Under the pieces are notes generated by a model. The model was given only the letters and a program-made list of their open reading frames with translations, searched no databases and was not told the origin of the DNA. From Botryllus schlosseri (taxonomy: Eukaryota): a stretch of DNA of 60,000 bases. Each line of letters opens with the position of its first letter. Within the stretch, counting starts at the first letter, position 1. Below, one piece after another: positions 13,301 through 24,846 of this stretch. The stretch is from the NCBI GenBank assembly GCA_051294905.1, contig CM119371.1, positions 11,162,001 to 11,222,000 on the forward strand. The letters are read 5' to 3'. The translations under genes were made by a program, and so were the position numbers.

Positions 13301-14658
13301 TCTTATTTGACAATCGATATCCAAGCTTTGGCATCTTTACTAGATTGGCTCAAGCGAACTTTTCAGTCTGAATACATGGAAATAAGATTTTCTAAAACGA
13401 TCCATGTTAGCATATAGTTATGCGGGGAAACATATAATTGTCTGGCAGTGGTGTCAAACTAATGTTCAATTATAGTCTCATCTTGATTGTTTCACTTGCA
13501 GTAAAATGAGAGTCGCTAGATTATTGATAAATGTATATATGGATAGGAATAATTTTGCTTATATTAAAAGTTGAAATGAAGGATATAACAGTATATTTGT
13601 TTCGTCTTTATTCTGTATTAAAATAAATCATTTCATCTTGGACTCTAGTTTACCTCTTACCGTCACCCTTAACGTAGGCTTACCGTATTTTGAAAATGCA
13701 AAAAGAGGACACTTTTTCAGAAATTTGCAAGATACAAAACCGGAGTAGAATTCTCGAATACCGGTGAATTTTTCCCACTTTGCGGTCGGTTGACTAAAAA
13801 AAAAAAAAAAAAAAGGTCATCACTTCCGCTCAGAGCTCAAAAACACGTTTTTCACTCCACATTGCTAGGTGGATGACTAAAAAAAAAAAAAAAAAAAAAA
13901 AAATAGGTCTTCATTTCGCTCAGAGCTGTAATCACCGCTTTTCCTCCGAAATACCCGCCGGAGCTTCACTTCTGCGCTAATTTGCGGCATATCACTCGCA
14001 ATTTCCTCTATATCTGACCTAAATTTTCAAAAAAGAGGACAAAATCTCAAAAAAGAGGACAAAAAGGCGTCCTCCGAGGACACTTTCAAAAAAGTCAAAA
14101 AAGAGGACAAATCCTCTTAAAAGAGGACGTATGGTAAGCCTACTTAACGTCACATGTCTAAATCGATTTTCTGTTATGAATTTTAAACGTATGATCCATA
14201 TGTGAGGTGTCTGCCTCTCAAACCAAGGATTTCTAAAATAATATTGTCGGTGTACCGTTTACGTACCGTTTAATGCTGTTTAGTTCTTTATTTGCCTCAT
14301 TTTTTCCAGCGAAGATGGAAATAAACCCTCATAGGTCATTTTATCCCACGTTAAGAAACTCAGATCTGAGAGCACGAAAAAAATAAAATAAATGGCAACA
14401 TTCAGCAGGTTTGGCATTTCTACCTTCCATGTTGGCGTCGAATATTCGTCTTTATGTGGTATGCCTCCAATTATCGTGAAGATGTTTGCACATATTGAAA
14501 CCGGCAACAGTATTTGTAATATGTGTTTTTGTAGGGACGATAGCGTCAAATCATGCATATGAATTTCAAGAAATGTCATGACGTACCATCAGCGCTGAAC
14601 ATTCCGCGAGTACTACTCGATAACATCGTTACTGCTCTGCCAGACTCGGTGGTTGTGG
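7369..14658 (-). CDS. Gene A (5'-incomplete): single-pass membrane protein with Ser/Thr-rich stalk, TM and acidic Tyr-motif tail; exons 14587-14658, 13084-13122, 12190-12292, 7369-7588
   Basis: All four exons have AG acceptors and the three internal exons have GT donors, with compatible phases (1-1, 1-1, 1-2, 2-stop). Translation: TTTESGRAVTMLSSSTRGMFSAD|ASTGISTSASKIN|GMDSESHATSIPIIASAASFLLLIFIALFILTYIR|NGRKQ...VNEYEIYELDGSQE...NTYESV...HIYEVVEG*. TM exon and tail are homologous to gene B. Confidence 0.78.
8509..8820 (+). mobile_element. tRNA-derived SINE
   Basis: A box TGACGCAGTTGG, B box GGTTCGAATCT, core gtgtcggaggtttatct(g/a)ggctcct shared with the other SINEs, (AAAC)n tail. Confidence 0.8.
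9086..9279. mobile_element. 194-bp hAT-type MITE
   Basis: TIR CAATGTTCCCTC...GAGAGAACATTG; perfect TSD GTTCAAAC (9078-9085, 9280-9287). Confidence 0.9.
10798..11180. mobile_element. Degenerate MITE with ~30-bp imperfect TIR
   Basis: ggctgttcaaaaataacttttttccggat versus the inverted atccgggaaaaagtgatatttgaacagcc. Confidence 0.5.
13675..14142. mobile_element. hAT Blackjack-like MITE with AAAAGAGGAC subterminal repeats
   Basis: TIR TAGGCTTACC...GGTAAGCCTA; flanking duplication CTTAACG(T); multiple aaaaagaggac motifs. Confidence 0.85.
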
Positions 14659-14912
14659 CTGAAAAATATTTTGTTTGCTTTGTTAGGATCGGAGATATTT
14701 TGATTTGCACTTCAGAATCCGCGAAAGTTATCTATCAAATTGAAATATATTAAGGTTAATCCTGATCAGTTGACCGCAACATTAGTTTGCGCCCGTAAAA
14801 TATCTATCAATCTGTAAAATGGTAATATTATGAAGGTAAATAGTTAAATTGATGCCACAACGCGGGTGTGCGACAATTTCACCACACATCAGTAATTTAC
14901 ATTTCAAGCGCA

Positions 14913-15510
14913 AGTTTGTTTGTTTCTTTGTGGTATTCATGGTATTCAATGGTAATTTACACCAGGCCAAAATTATTTATATTTTTATTCCATAGCTGCC
15001 GACTTGTATCATGGCTCACTTCCAGGACTTTAGGAAAACGCATGCCCGGATGAGATGGCGCGGTGGAGCCTAGATGAACCTCCAACACTTAGGTAGGAAT
15101 TCTGGAGTCGACATCGGTCGGACTCGAACCTACAACCTATTGGTGTTAGCTGTGGATTATACCACTACGCCAGTGGTTCTCAGCCTGAGGGCCGCGCCCC
15201 CCTTGGGGGGGGCGTGAAAGCATCGAAGGGGGGCGCGAAGACGCGGTCAACTGAAAAAAATCTTCGCGCTTCGCGCGATTTACCTACTGTTCGCGCGTGT
15301 TTCTCTATATACAGACCAAATTTCATATTTTTAATTCTCTCATCAACACTTATATCCTTCAACGCCATCAAACAATCTGTTCGGGTTGCTAGCATCCCGG
15401 TTGGATTTTGTGATATGACGATAAGGGGGGGGGGCGCGAAATTTTTCACTATCAAAAAGGGTGGCGTATCTACAAAAGGTTGAGAACCACTTCACTACGC
15501 TATTTAACAA
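14913..15510 (-). mobile_element. tRNA-derived SINE interrupted in its A box by a MITE
   Basis: Reverse complement shows the A box (TAGCGTAGTG..), B box GGTTCGAGTCC, shared core and AAAC tail; homologous to 43790-44061. Confidence 0.75.
15171..15492. mobile_element. ~320-bp hAT (Buster-type) MITE, family CAGTGGTTCTC...GGCGTGAAAGCATC
   Basis: TIR CAGTGGTTCTCA...TGAGAACCACTT; perfect TSD CACTACGC. Other copies at 19068-20685, 19934-20242, 52011-52293 and 58678-58986. Confidence 0.92.
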
Positions 15511-17649
15511 CCTTTGACGCGCATGTGATGAGACCTACATGCGCTTTTCCCATTCACCACTCAAACAATAGTTGAATATATATATCAAAAAGTTTCAAAC
15601 TACCACGAATCCAACCTAAAGAAATTCATTATCACATTTTATTTCTGATGCCTGGGGCATGCGAACGCATACTGAGACTGCCCCAGATGCGGTGAGTTAT
15701 TCTGGATCTGAATTAAACTTGTCAGAATTTAAAACCTGAAAAATTTTCAGTGGGTCCAAGTTAGAATAAAATTTATGATTATTGCAGTACATTTTTTTCG
15801 AATCAGATTCTAGGCGGGGCTACTAAATTCATGAAAAAATAGAAATTGAATTGATTTGAAAAGGAACACAACAAAAATAAAGTTCAATTTATAGCAAATC
15901 AGGGTTCGTTTTCATAAATATAAGTGTTCTTGATGCCATTTTCCCAGTGTGTCTCTTCTCCATTCGACAGTGTTGACATGAGACTGACAGCGGCTAATCA
16001 AAATATTCTTATTGCAGTTCATTTAATATTCCTTTAAATAGGCTTTTCGAAGTACAGAACTTCGATATTGCAGCAAACGTTACGTTCATATTGCCAAAAG
16101 CCGATCCTCTGTCGCCAGAAGGAACATCTCTACGCGCTCGGAATCTTCCATTAGTGTTGTTTTGTCATTCGGCTGATTTACAGCTGATTTTGTGTGTGTT
16201 GTACCGTAACCGTGCGTTGCTTACTGCTGTTCGCGAATCAGTGTACTTGTAATTATTACGTCACAATGACAACATTATTTCTGTATTTCGGACTTGGTCA
16301 ACGTCATTTACTGGCGTTTGCTCCTGAAGGGAGTCAGTCGAAAAGCTTCGAGTGGAATAAGTTTGGCAACATGACCGTATTGTTTGCTGCAATATTCCTT
16401 TACAAATAGTCGTTTGAAAAATCATAAATATGGTGATCAGTTTTTGAGATTTGCACTTGCCCTATGTAATTGTGTAATCATGAAATATCTCCATAAACCA
16501 CGGAAGTGATATCTCAAATATAGCCGAATGGAGTCAGGAAAGAGGAAATCATGACTGACAGGTATCTGATAACCCCTCAAATATCGCTTTTTTCGGATTT
16601 TCAGATCCAGCTGCAATATAAAAGACATTACAATCAGGTCACCGCAGACTTCATGGACAACTGCGGAAATTCAGATGTCACGAGAACGTTTATTGTGAGA
16701 CATGAACTACAGCGAAACAGTGGAGGATATTGATTTCCCTTCAGATCAGTGGGTCTCAATCGACAGACCTCCGTGCGTTCCGGTGCATGTTACTTTTTCT
16801 GTCTCCCAATTCTACTGTAATCACAAATGTGGCAAGATTGTACATTATTGGGGGGTGTGATACTGATCCTAAATTAATTTATATTTGGAGATCTAATGTA
16901 TGACAATACTACAAGTTTTCACTAAACTGTTCGAAATAGCCTAGGACTGGTTTATAAGGGTGGAGTGAAAAATGAAAATTTTTGAATTTCAAAAAAGTGT
17001 CTTGATATGTGGTGCCAAATAAATAAATTCTATCATAATTTTGGGTTCGTACACCCTCTAGTGGTCGTGAAATTTCACCAAACGAGCCAAAAACAGCTAA
17101 TTTCGCCATATCTTGAACATCGCTCACACTAGAAAGTCAGTTTTGGGCTTAAAAGATGCAGAAGCAACATGTTTCTATCTCACTTCCATGGAACTTACTC
17201 TTTAAAATAAAAATAAAAAAGTTACAAGCAAATTTCTGATTTTATAGGTAAAATTAAGCACTGAAGCGGTGCTTAGGATGTCAAAAGCGTGTAGTGATTG
17301 ATCTTATGACTGAGCAACATACCCTATCAATTAGAACTACTTTTCAAAACTTGCTCAAACAAATGAAACCCCCTCCAAGCATAAACAGGGCTAGGACATC
17401 GAATAGAGACTGCTAAAACTGTAACTGGTAGTGCAGCGTCACGATATCGGTAAGTTTATAACAACGGCCCCCAAAAATTCTCATACCAAAATGCTGTCGT
17501 AAGGTTTGCATCATATTTGTCACAAAGCTCCTGAATGAAAGCACCACAATTGAAAATACACATTCAAAACACAAACATCGATTCTATACTGGAAACAGGA
17601 AATGTTTGTAGCAGTATCATATGAGTATCAGTGTGCAAAAACATTGAAA

Positions 17650-18386
17650 TCATGTTTAGTATTGAATAATTTCATCTGCTTTCAAGACTTCAGTTTTTGC
17701 CTGTTGATGCTATCTCTACGTTTAGATCCTGAAACATGGGTAGATGCTTCAGTAACCACGTTTTAATGTCTTTCCACTGCCTGGTTGTGACAAGGATGAC
17801 TGAGCCTTAACAGTGATGATCTTAGGTTTCCACCTCGACATCTGACAAGGTCTTGATTTCAGGCGGCTGTTCAATATCTTTGTGTTTTAAGTTGACAATT
17901 TGGTGGAAAGATTAAGCCTGGATGCTGATAACTGGAATTTGGAAGAAATTGATGCTCAATATCGTTGTTTTTGGGTTTGGTATGGCGTGGTTGTTCTGCG
18001 CATAGCTGTAATCTTGTTAATTGTAAATCTTCGAACGTTTCCCTCCTCGTCACCAAAGCATTCCCAGCAAAATATTTTCTGGATGTTCAAAATGAGCATT
18101 TCTTCGTAGCAAAGATAGGTGCAAGGGAGTGAATTCGGGTATCTGTCAGCTTTGTAATATGGGAAACTATATTGTGGAAATTTTTGGCACCATCTACAAT
18201 GGAATTGTGCATTTTTATTTCAAACCATGACGGAAAATAGACCTCCATGCAGAATTGAGCAAGACAGTTCAGATTTCTCGATGGACGACTCTGTCTCACA
18301 TAGTACTTTAAAATTTGAGATGCGAGAGTCAACCATATTGAATGAACGACGGGCCTAGCCTCTAGATATTGCAGATCTGGTTCCAA
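17650..18386 (-). pseudogene. Transposase C-terminal remnant (hATm-like)
   Basis: HSIWLTLASQILKYYVRQSRPSRNLNCLAQFCMEVYFPSWFEIK...DGAKN, then across frameshifts and stops HPENILLGMLGDE and PCHNQAVERH*NVVTEAS...RRDSINRQKL. Confidence 0.8.
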
Positions 18387-19067
18387 TGGACGACTTTGAA
18401 GGAGGATATATAAATGAAACCAAACCCTAAAGCAGCAGCATTGACACCAGCATCAGATTCTTCCAAATTCCAGTTATCAACATCAAGGCTTAATCTTTCC
18501 ACCAAATTGTCAACTTAAACCTCAAAAATATTGAACAACCGCCTGCATCGCAATCAAGACCTTGTCTGATCACGAGCTGGGAAACCTATGATCATCACCA
18601 TTAAGGCTCAGTTATCCTTGTCACAACCAGGCAGTGGAAAGACATGTGACAGTGGTGACCAGAGTTGGATCAATTGTAATTTGTAATTGAGCTGAATGTA
18701 ATTAATTACATTTTTTCATGTAATTGTAATTGTAATTGAAGCATTTCTATTTCGTGTAATTGTAATTGTAATTGTAATTTGATCAAAATTTTGCTCAATT
18801 ACAATCTCAATTACATTTTCATGAAAACCTGACAATCACAACATAAAATAATAATTTAATCAATCATTTATTCGTCGCACCAGTGAAAATCCGGTACGAA
18901 CCACGATGACGACGAGGGGCCTTAAGGCCTTAGTAAACAGTCACCACATGTAATAATTAGCCTATTTACATCGGTGTTCTATGCGTGCTGCGTTATAACT
19001 GGATAATCTAATCACGCTAAACTTCAGTAGCAACAGAAAACTTTGAGAATTACAATATCAGCTAAAC

Positions 19068-20685
19068 CAGTGGTTCTCAAATTGGGGTCGTGCCCCCTCG
19101 GGTGGCGTGAAAGCATCTGAACGGGGCGCGTCGCTCCAGTGAACTGAATTCTTTTCCGTGCTTGGCCCGATTCACCTCCGTTTTATGGTTATTGCTCGGT
19201 GTAGCCCAGGCATGGGCAAAGTACGGCCCGCGAAGCTATTCTGTGCGGCCCGCGAATGGTTGCTTGGAAATCAAAATATAGTACTTGCTTGTTGAATGAC
19301 TAAAACCATAGGCTGCGTATCAACTCAACAGGAAATTAGTTTACTTCGAAGCCTGTTCATTAATATGCCACGATTACGCCGCCTACGTACCTCGCATAAA
19401 TAATCCAGATTCAAAACAAAGGGAATGTGACAAAGTATGAGTAGCAATTAAAATAACAAGAAATCACTCTTTCCATATAGTTTAGTTCAAACCATCTTTG
19501 TTGCCATTGTCGCATTACGCATTGCAGGGCATGTGTTTCAAATTGTAACGCGTGCTACGTTTCCAAATCCCTAATTCGTAAAACAGGTCAATCAGTGCTT
19601 GCGATTACTATGTGACTCGGCAAGTCATCATATCTATCACCCATATAGAATTATAAATAACAGACATGCCAAAAAAGAAAGCCGAAAACTGAAATTCAAT
19701 GAAGATTTTAGACTTTAAACTTTCTATTTGTATATTGGGGTCACGGGTAAACCCGTCCTTTTAGTTTTTGCCGAGCATGTCATCGAGATTAGGGATTTTA
19801 ATTAATGTCGGTCTTATGACAAAAATACGGAATAAGGGCGAATCTCAGAAAAATGTATGCTTCGCTCGCCATGAAGGCTAATAAAGTGCGGCCAAGAGAA
19901 TAAGCTTTGTACCGTTGCATATACATTTCAGTGCAGTGGTTCTCGAAGTGGGGGGCGTGAAAGCATCAGAAGAGGGATGCGAAGCCGAAGCTTGGTGAAA
20001 AAATTTTCCGCGCACCGCCAGATCTACCCCAGCTTACAGCTATTGCTCTGTGTATTGTTCGACTTTCATATTTAAGAATTCACTCATCGACAACCATAAA
20101 CTCCAACGCCATCCAACTATCCGTTGGGAATGCTAGCATTCTAGCTGTACTTTTAACTATTTTGTGAAATCATGATAAGGGGCGCGCGAAATTTTTCACT
20201 ATCATAACGGGAGGCGTGCCTAAAAAAGTTTGAGAACCACTGTTTTCGAGTCTTAATAGAAGAACGTGGATAGCGGTTTAAAGTGAGTTAAAATGTATCA
20301 TGTTTAACATTGTTTCGAATCAGGACAGCAAATGAATATTTTTAATTAACCGTCAATTTCCCATCACCTGACATGAACACATTCACTGATCAGCATTTAT
20401 TGACAATGTTATTTAGAAATAAAATTGAAATACGGCCCGCCAACGTCTTTTCCACTTCTCATTTGGCCCGCGGAGGAAAATAATTGCTCACCCTTGGTGT
20501 AGCCTATAGTCTGAATTTCGTATTGGAGAATTCTCTCATCAACAGTCATAACCTTCCATACCATCAAACTATATGTAAGGATTGATAACTTTCTGGTTTC
20601 ATTGTGGGCTATGACGATAAGGGGGGGGCACGAAATATTAACTGTCATAAAGGGGGCGTGTCTAAAAAAAGTTAGAGAACCAGTG
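19068..20685. mobile_element. CAGTGGTTCTC-family MITE (third nesting level)
   Basis: Termini CAGTGGTTCTCAAA...GAGAACCAGTG; TSD AGCTAAAC/GGCTAAAC. Confidence 0.85.
19207..20496. mobile_element. hAT (Buster-type) composite MITE carrying an internal 19934-20242 MITE
   Basis: Termini CAGGCATGGGCAAA...AATTGCTCACCCTTG; perfect TSD GTGTAGCC; homologous to 56513-59271 and, inverted, to 38346-40382. Confidence 0.9.
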
Positions 20686-23600
20686 GGCTAAACTAAATCT
20701 TAATATTCCAAAAATGGATGAACAGCCTATAAACTCTTCTGAAACCTGTGCTGAACCATTTTCTACACCACGGTCAAAGTTTTTTTAATCTCTGACCAGT
20801 ACCGAGGCTTGTTGCAACAATAGCAAAAAAAATTCAAGTTTCCAACCAAGGCTTCATCAAACTTGATCACGCATTTGTAGATATTATCCCAATCTTACCT
20901 CCAATCTTGGCCAAGTTTACTGGGGCCAGAAACTTTTTGCACCCTAATGTTCATCAAATGCAATCTAACAGTTTCCGAGCAAGTGAAAATGTAAATGCGA
21001 ACCAAAATATTTAAATTCCTAATTATCAGGAGGTTCTTTTCTTTTGCATTTATTTTAATTTAACGCACCTTATCGGTATCATCATTATCGCTGACGCCTT
21101 ACCAATTATTTTTCATTATCCTGACTCAGCTCTGAGTAGCCTAATCGTTTGATTACACTTCATTGACTGTCCTTTAGCCTATTCGCTGTTAGTCGCTCAA
21201 ACCTTTGGTTCTTAACAGTCGCTTGAAACATTTTTCTATGCTTCTAGTTTTCAGTACTCATAATTAGGAATAGTTCGAATACGTTCGAGTTTTTTTAATT
21301 AAAGGGTATTCTACATATCAGGAATGAAACACGAATAGCTTGAGATTGTTGCTAATTACGTCGGTACGGTTGTCAAAGAACACCTCTTTACTGAATCAAT
21401 TACCTGTTTAAAAGTAATTGTAATTGTAATTATAATTGTAAATTAATTACATATTTAACAGTAATTGTAATTATAATTGTAATTTGATATTTTTAGCTTT
21501 GAGTAATTGTAATTGTAATTGTAATTGTAATTGAATTGAAATATTGTAATTGATCCAACTCTGGTGGTGACATCAGCATCTGCTCAATGTTTCAGGATTT
21601 AAACGTAGAGATGGCCTCATCAGACAAAAACTGAAGTCTTGAAAGCAGATGAAATCTTTCAATACTAAACATGACTTTATTGTTTGTCCACACTGATACT
21701 CGTGTGATGCTGCCACAAAAATTGTATGTTTCCAGTATAGAATTGATGTGTGTGTTTTGAATGTGAATTTTCAATTTTTGCGCGTTCATTCAGGAGCTTT
21801 GTGACAAATATAATACAAACCCTATGACAGCGTTTTGGTATGAAATCTCATGAGGGCCGTTATTATAAACTTACCGATATCGTGATGCCGCACTACCAAT
21901 AGACGCTGTTTTAAATACAGTTTTAGCAGTCTCTATTCGATGCCCGAGCCCTATTTATGCTTGGAGGGGGTTTCATTTGTTTGAGCAAGTTTTGAAAAGT
22001 AGTTCTAATTGATAGGGTATGTTGCTCAGTCATAAGATCAATCACTACACGCTTTTGACATCCTCCCCACTGCTGCAGTGCTTAATTTTACCTATAAAAT
22101 CAAAAATTTGCTTGTAACTTTTTTTCTGTTCATTTTTAAGAGTAAGTTCTATGGAAGTGAGGTAGAAACATGTTGCTTCTGCATCTTTTAAGCCTAAAAC
22201 TGACTTTCTAGTGTAAGTGATGACCAGGATATGGCGAAATTAGCTGTTTTTGGCTCGTTCGGTGAAATTGCACGACCACTAGAGGATGTACGATCCCAAA
22301 ATTACGATAGAATTTATTTGTTCACTATTTGGCACCACATATCAAGACCCTTTTTTGAAATTCAAAAATTTTCGTTTTTCACTCCACCCTACTGGTTTAT
22401 GATCTGTTACAAGTAAAAGATGAGAATACCGTTTTAACAGAATTCTTCAAAATCGAAAGTTTAATTTAGCGACACGCGACAGTAAAATAGAACTTGACAA
22501 GTAGCAAGGTCACAATTACATATTGGATTCATTTTGATGTTTCGAAGATTTTTCGAACATTTTTTCTGATTCTATTTAGTGAGCCCATCCGTTGAATCAA
22601 GGGTGGGCAACCTTCTTGTTGTACACAGCCGCTTTTCAAATACTTCGACAGCATACGGCCGCCAGCCAATGGTGGGCTGACTAAAAAAGTCATTCTTCCG
22701 TTCGAATCCCGAAATACCCGTTCCCAGTTCCTTTTTATTTTGGTTGACCAAGTCAACCATGCCCCGTTGCCCTCGCTAGCACCAAAATCCACATTTCACG
22801 CCATCTATTTTATTTTCGTACAATCCCCTGCCATAAAGGAGGACGAACTGAAAAAGAAACGAAAAAGAAACTTTATCTTTATAGAAAAACGTGGAAAAAT
22901 CTTACTAAAGGAGGACGTGTGTCGTGTGGTATCCCTACCGTAAATTCTTGATTGCTTAATAGCAAGTAATCTTATGATATCTAATAAATATCAAACCCAT
23001 TTTGAAACAAATTTATTTAATTAAAGTCTGTAACATTGAAATCATTGACTTTCTTGATTTTCATTGCGAGCAGACGAACTTGCAAAATTGGAAACCTCAC
23101 GCGACACCATAAGTTTCAGTTGGGACTTCCGGTTTCCGTCCTGCAAGCGAGTTCTATACTCGTTTTCCAGGTATTTAGTTGCAAAAAAGCAGACTCGCAC
23201 ACGTGACGTAGGCGCTTCCGAAAATGACAAGAGTTTCTATAGTCAATACTCGCAAAAGTGGATATTCATGGGCCATTTTCCGCGTGTCGTGTCTATCAAA
23301 TTTTCCTCGCACTTGCAACATGAAATAATCCAACTCCCATTAGATATTAAAGGTTATTTTCTCCTCTGTTACTGTTCTTTTTCGTTTTACGAACCTAATG
23401 CAATGTTGACTAACTTTATAATGTAATTGGGCTGTAGAAAAAGTTTTGTCTCAATGTACTCTCCTTCCATTTTCTCAATACACCCACAGAATGCTATCCG
23501 TTTACCAATGCTTTTTTAAACTACGGCTGAACCTGTCGCAGTATCGCCGATAAGCTTCTCACATTTAGACTCCGCGACAAGGGTGATTAAGCTCAGTCCT

Positions 23601-24334
23601 CATGCTCGACAATAATACGAATATTACTTCCAGAACTGCATTATTCCAATGGAATTTACTATCTCAAAGACTTTTTGTGCATGATTATGGGAAGAGGTTC
23701 AAATGAAACCCTAATTGGCAAAGTGTGTCGTAACAATGCAATAATAAGAAGGAAATATAGGTAAAGTCAACTGTACCGGTAGTCACAACAAGAGACGACA
23801 GGAAATGAAATCATCCATTTGACGAAAGGCGTCACACAGACAATCATCTGTATATGTTAATGGAAAGTTTTAAGATTGTATAGAAACTCTTTCTGCCCAC
23901 ATAAATAAGGATTGGACAATTTTATGATAGTTGACCAAAATACAGAAAGTTCGAAACAGATTTACATTTAGCAATCATTATTGTGCCATGAGCTCTTGAT
24001 ACGGCGAACACGGAAAGTCTTCGAGTAGATAAATTCTACTGCGATGAATGTAGTTTTGAAATAAATATTCAAGATTATTACCACCATTCACATATTACCA
24101 TAATACGAATATTCGATATGTAATCCGATAGTATACTGTACTTTCACGTATGGCTTCATCGTCTTCTCAACTTTTAAGTAATTGAACCACAGTAGTCCAA
24201 CCACTTTCATTTATGAAACAGACTTATGTCAGTGTGTATCGAAGGAATCCAGGGGCAAAGATGGTCCCACATCTGTATTGCTGGAAGCCTAATAAGCAAA
24301 CTTGAATTTGACAAATTCGGACGAGGACGAGGAC

Positions 24335-24414
24335 GGGGCTCGTTCACTTTCGGACCAAAAACACATTTTCTCCATAAGACTGTAGTGAATTTGGTCCGAA
24401 AGTGCACGAGCCCC
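24335..24414. repeat. 80-bp hairpin / micro-MITE with 25-bp arms
   Basis: GGGGCTCGTTCACTTTCGGACCAAA ... TTTGGTCCGAAAGTGCACGAGCCCC (1 mismatch). Confidence 0.75.
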
Positions 24415-24846
24415 ATCAGGTCCGTCTTTTAGTCGATAGGTTGCAGTATCATATTATGTCGCTTGAAGCAGCTGGAAACGTAGTCATAGAGTATGCAGTG
24501 AAAGAGTTTAGCACACTGATTGAACTATACCCTCCATCGTCGTAATAAGTTTTATCATACATTTTAACATATGATCCATCAGCACACGGCCTCCAGCACA
24601 TGCATTTTACATCACGTGCTCACGGCCACACAATTATGCCTCCACGCCTGCAGGTTGCTCACCCCTGCTTTAAATGCGGAGCGTGTGGTTACCATATTTC
24701 GAGTTCCGAACAAGGGGTAACTTTTTACAAGTAGCAAAATATATCGTAGCGTATAAGAAAATGGGTAATTTGAAATTTAGTGCGGAAAACACTATTGGGT
24801 TGACTAAAAAAGAGCATTTTTCTAACTCGTCTCTTAAAAGACTTAC

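Larger units (their letters stand above)
18660..21563. mobile_element. hAT-type MITE with (TGTAAT)n subterminal arrays, inserted in the right arm of the foldback
   Basis: TIR CAGAGTTGGATCAATT...AATTGATCCAACTCTG; perfect TSD GTGGTGAC (18652-18659, 21564-21571). Confidence 0.92.
16956..22391. mobile_element. Foldback DNA transposon derivative (hATm-like) with ~1-kb inverted arms that include transposase 3' coding sequence
   Basis: Termini AAGGGTGGAGTGAAAAA...TTTTTCACTCCACCCTA; perfect 9-bp TSD CTGGTTTAT (16947-16955, 22392-22400). Left arm ~16956-17990 pairs with ~18420-18659 plus 21564-22391. Confidence 0.88.
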
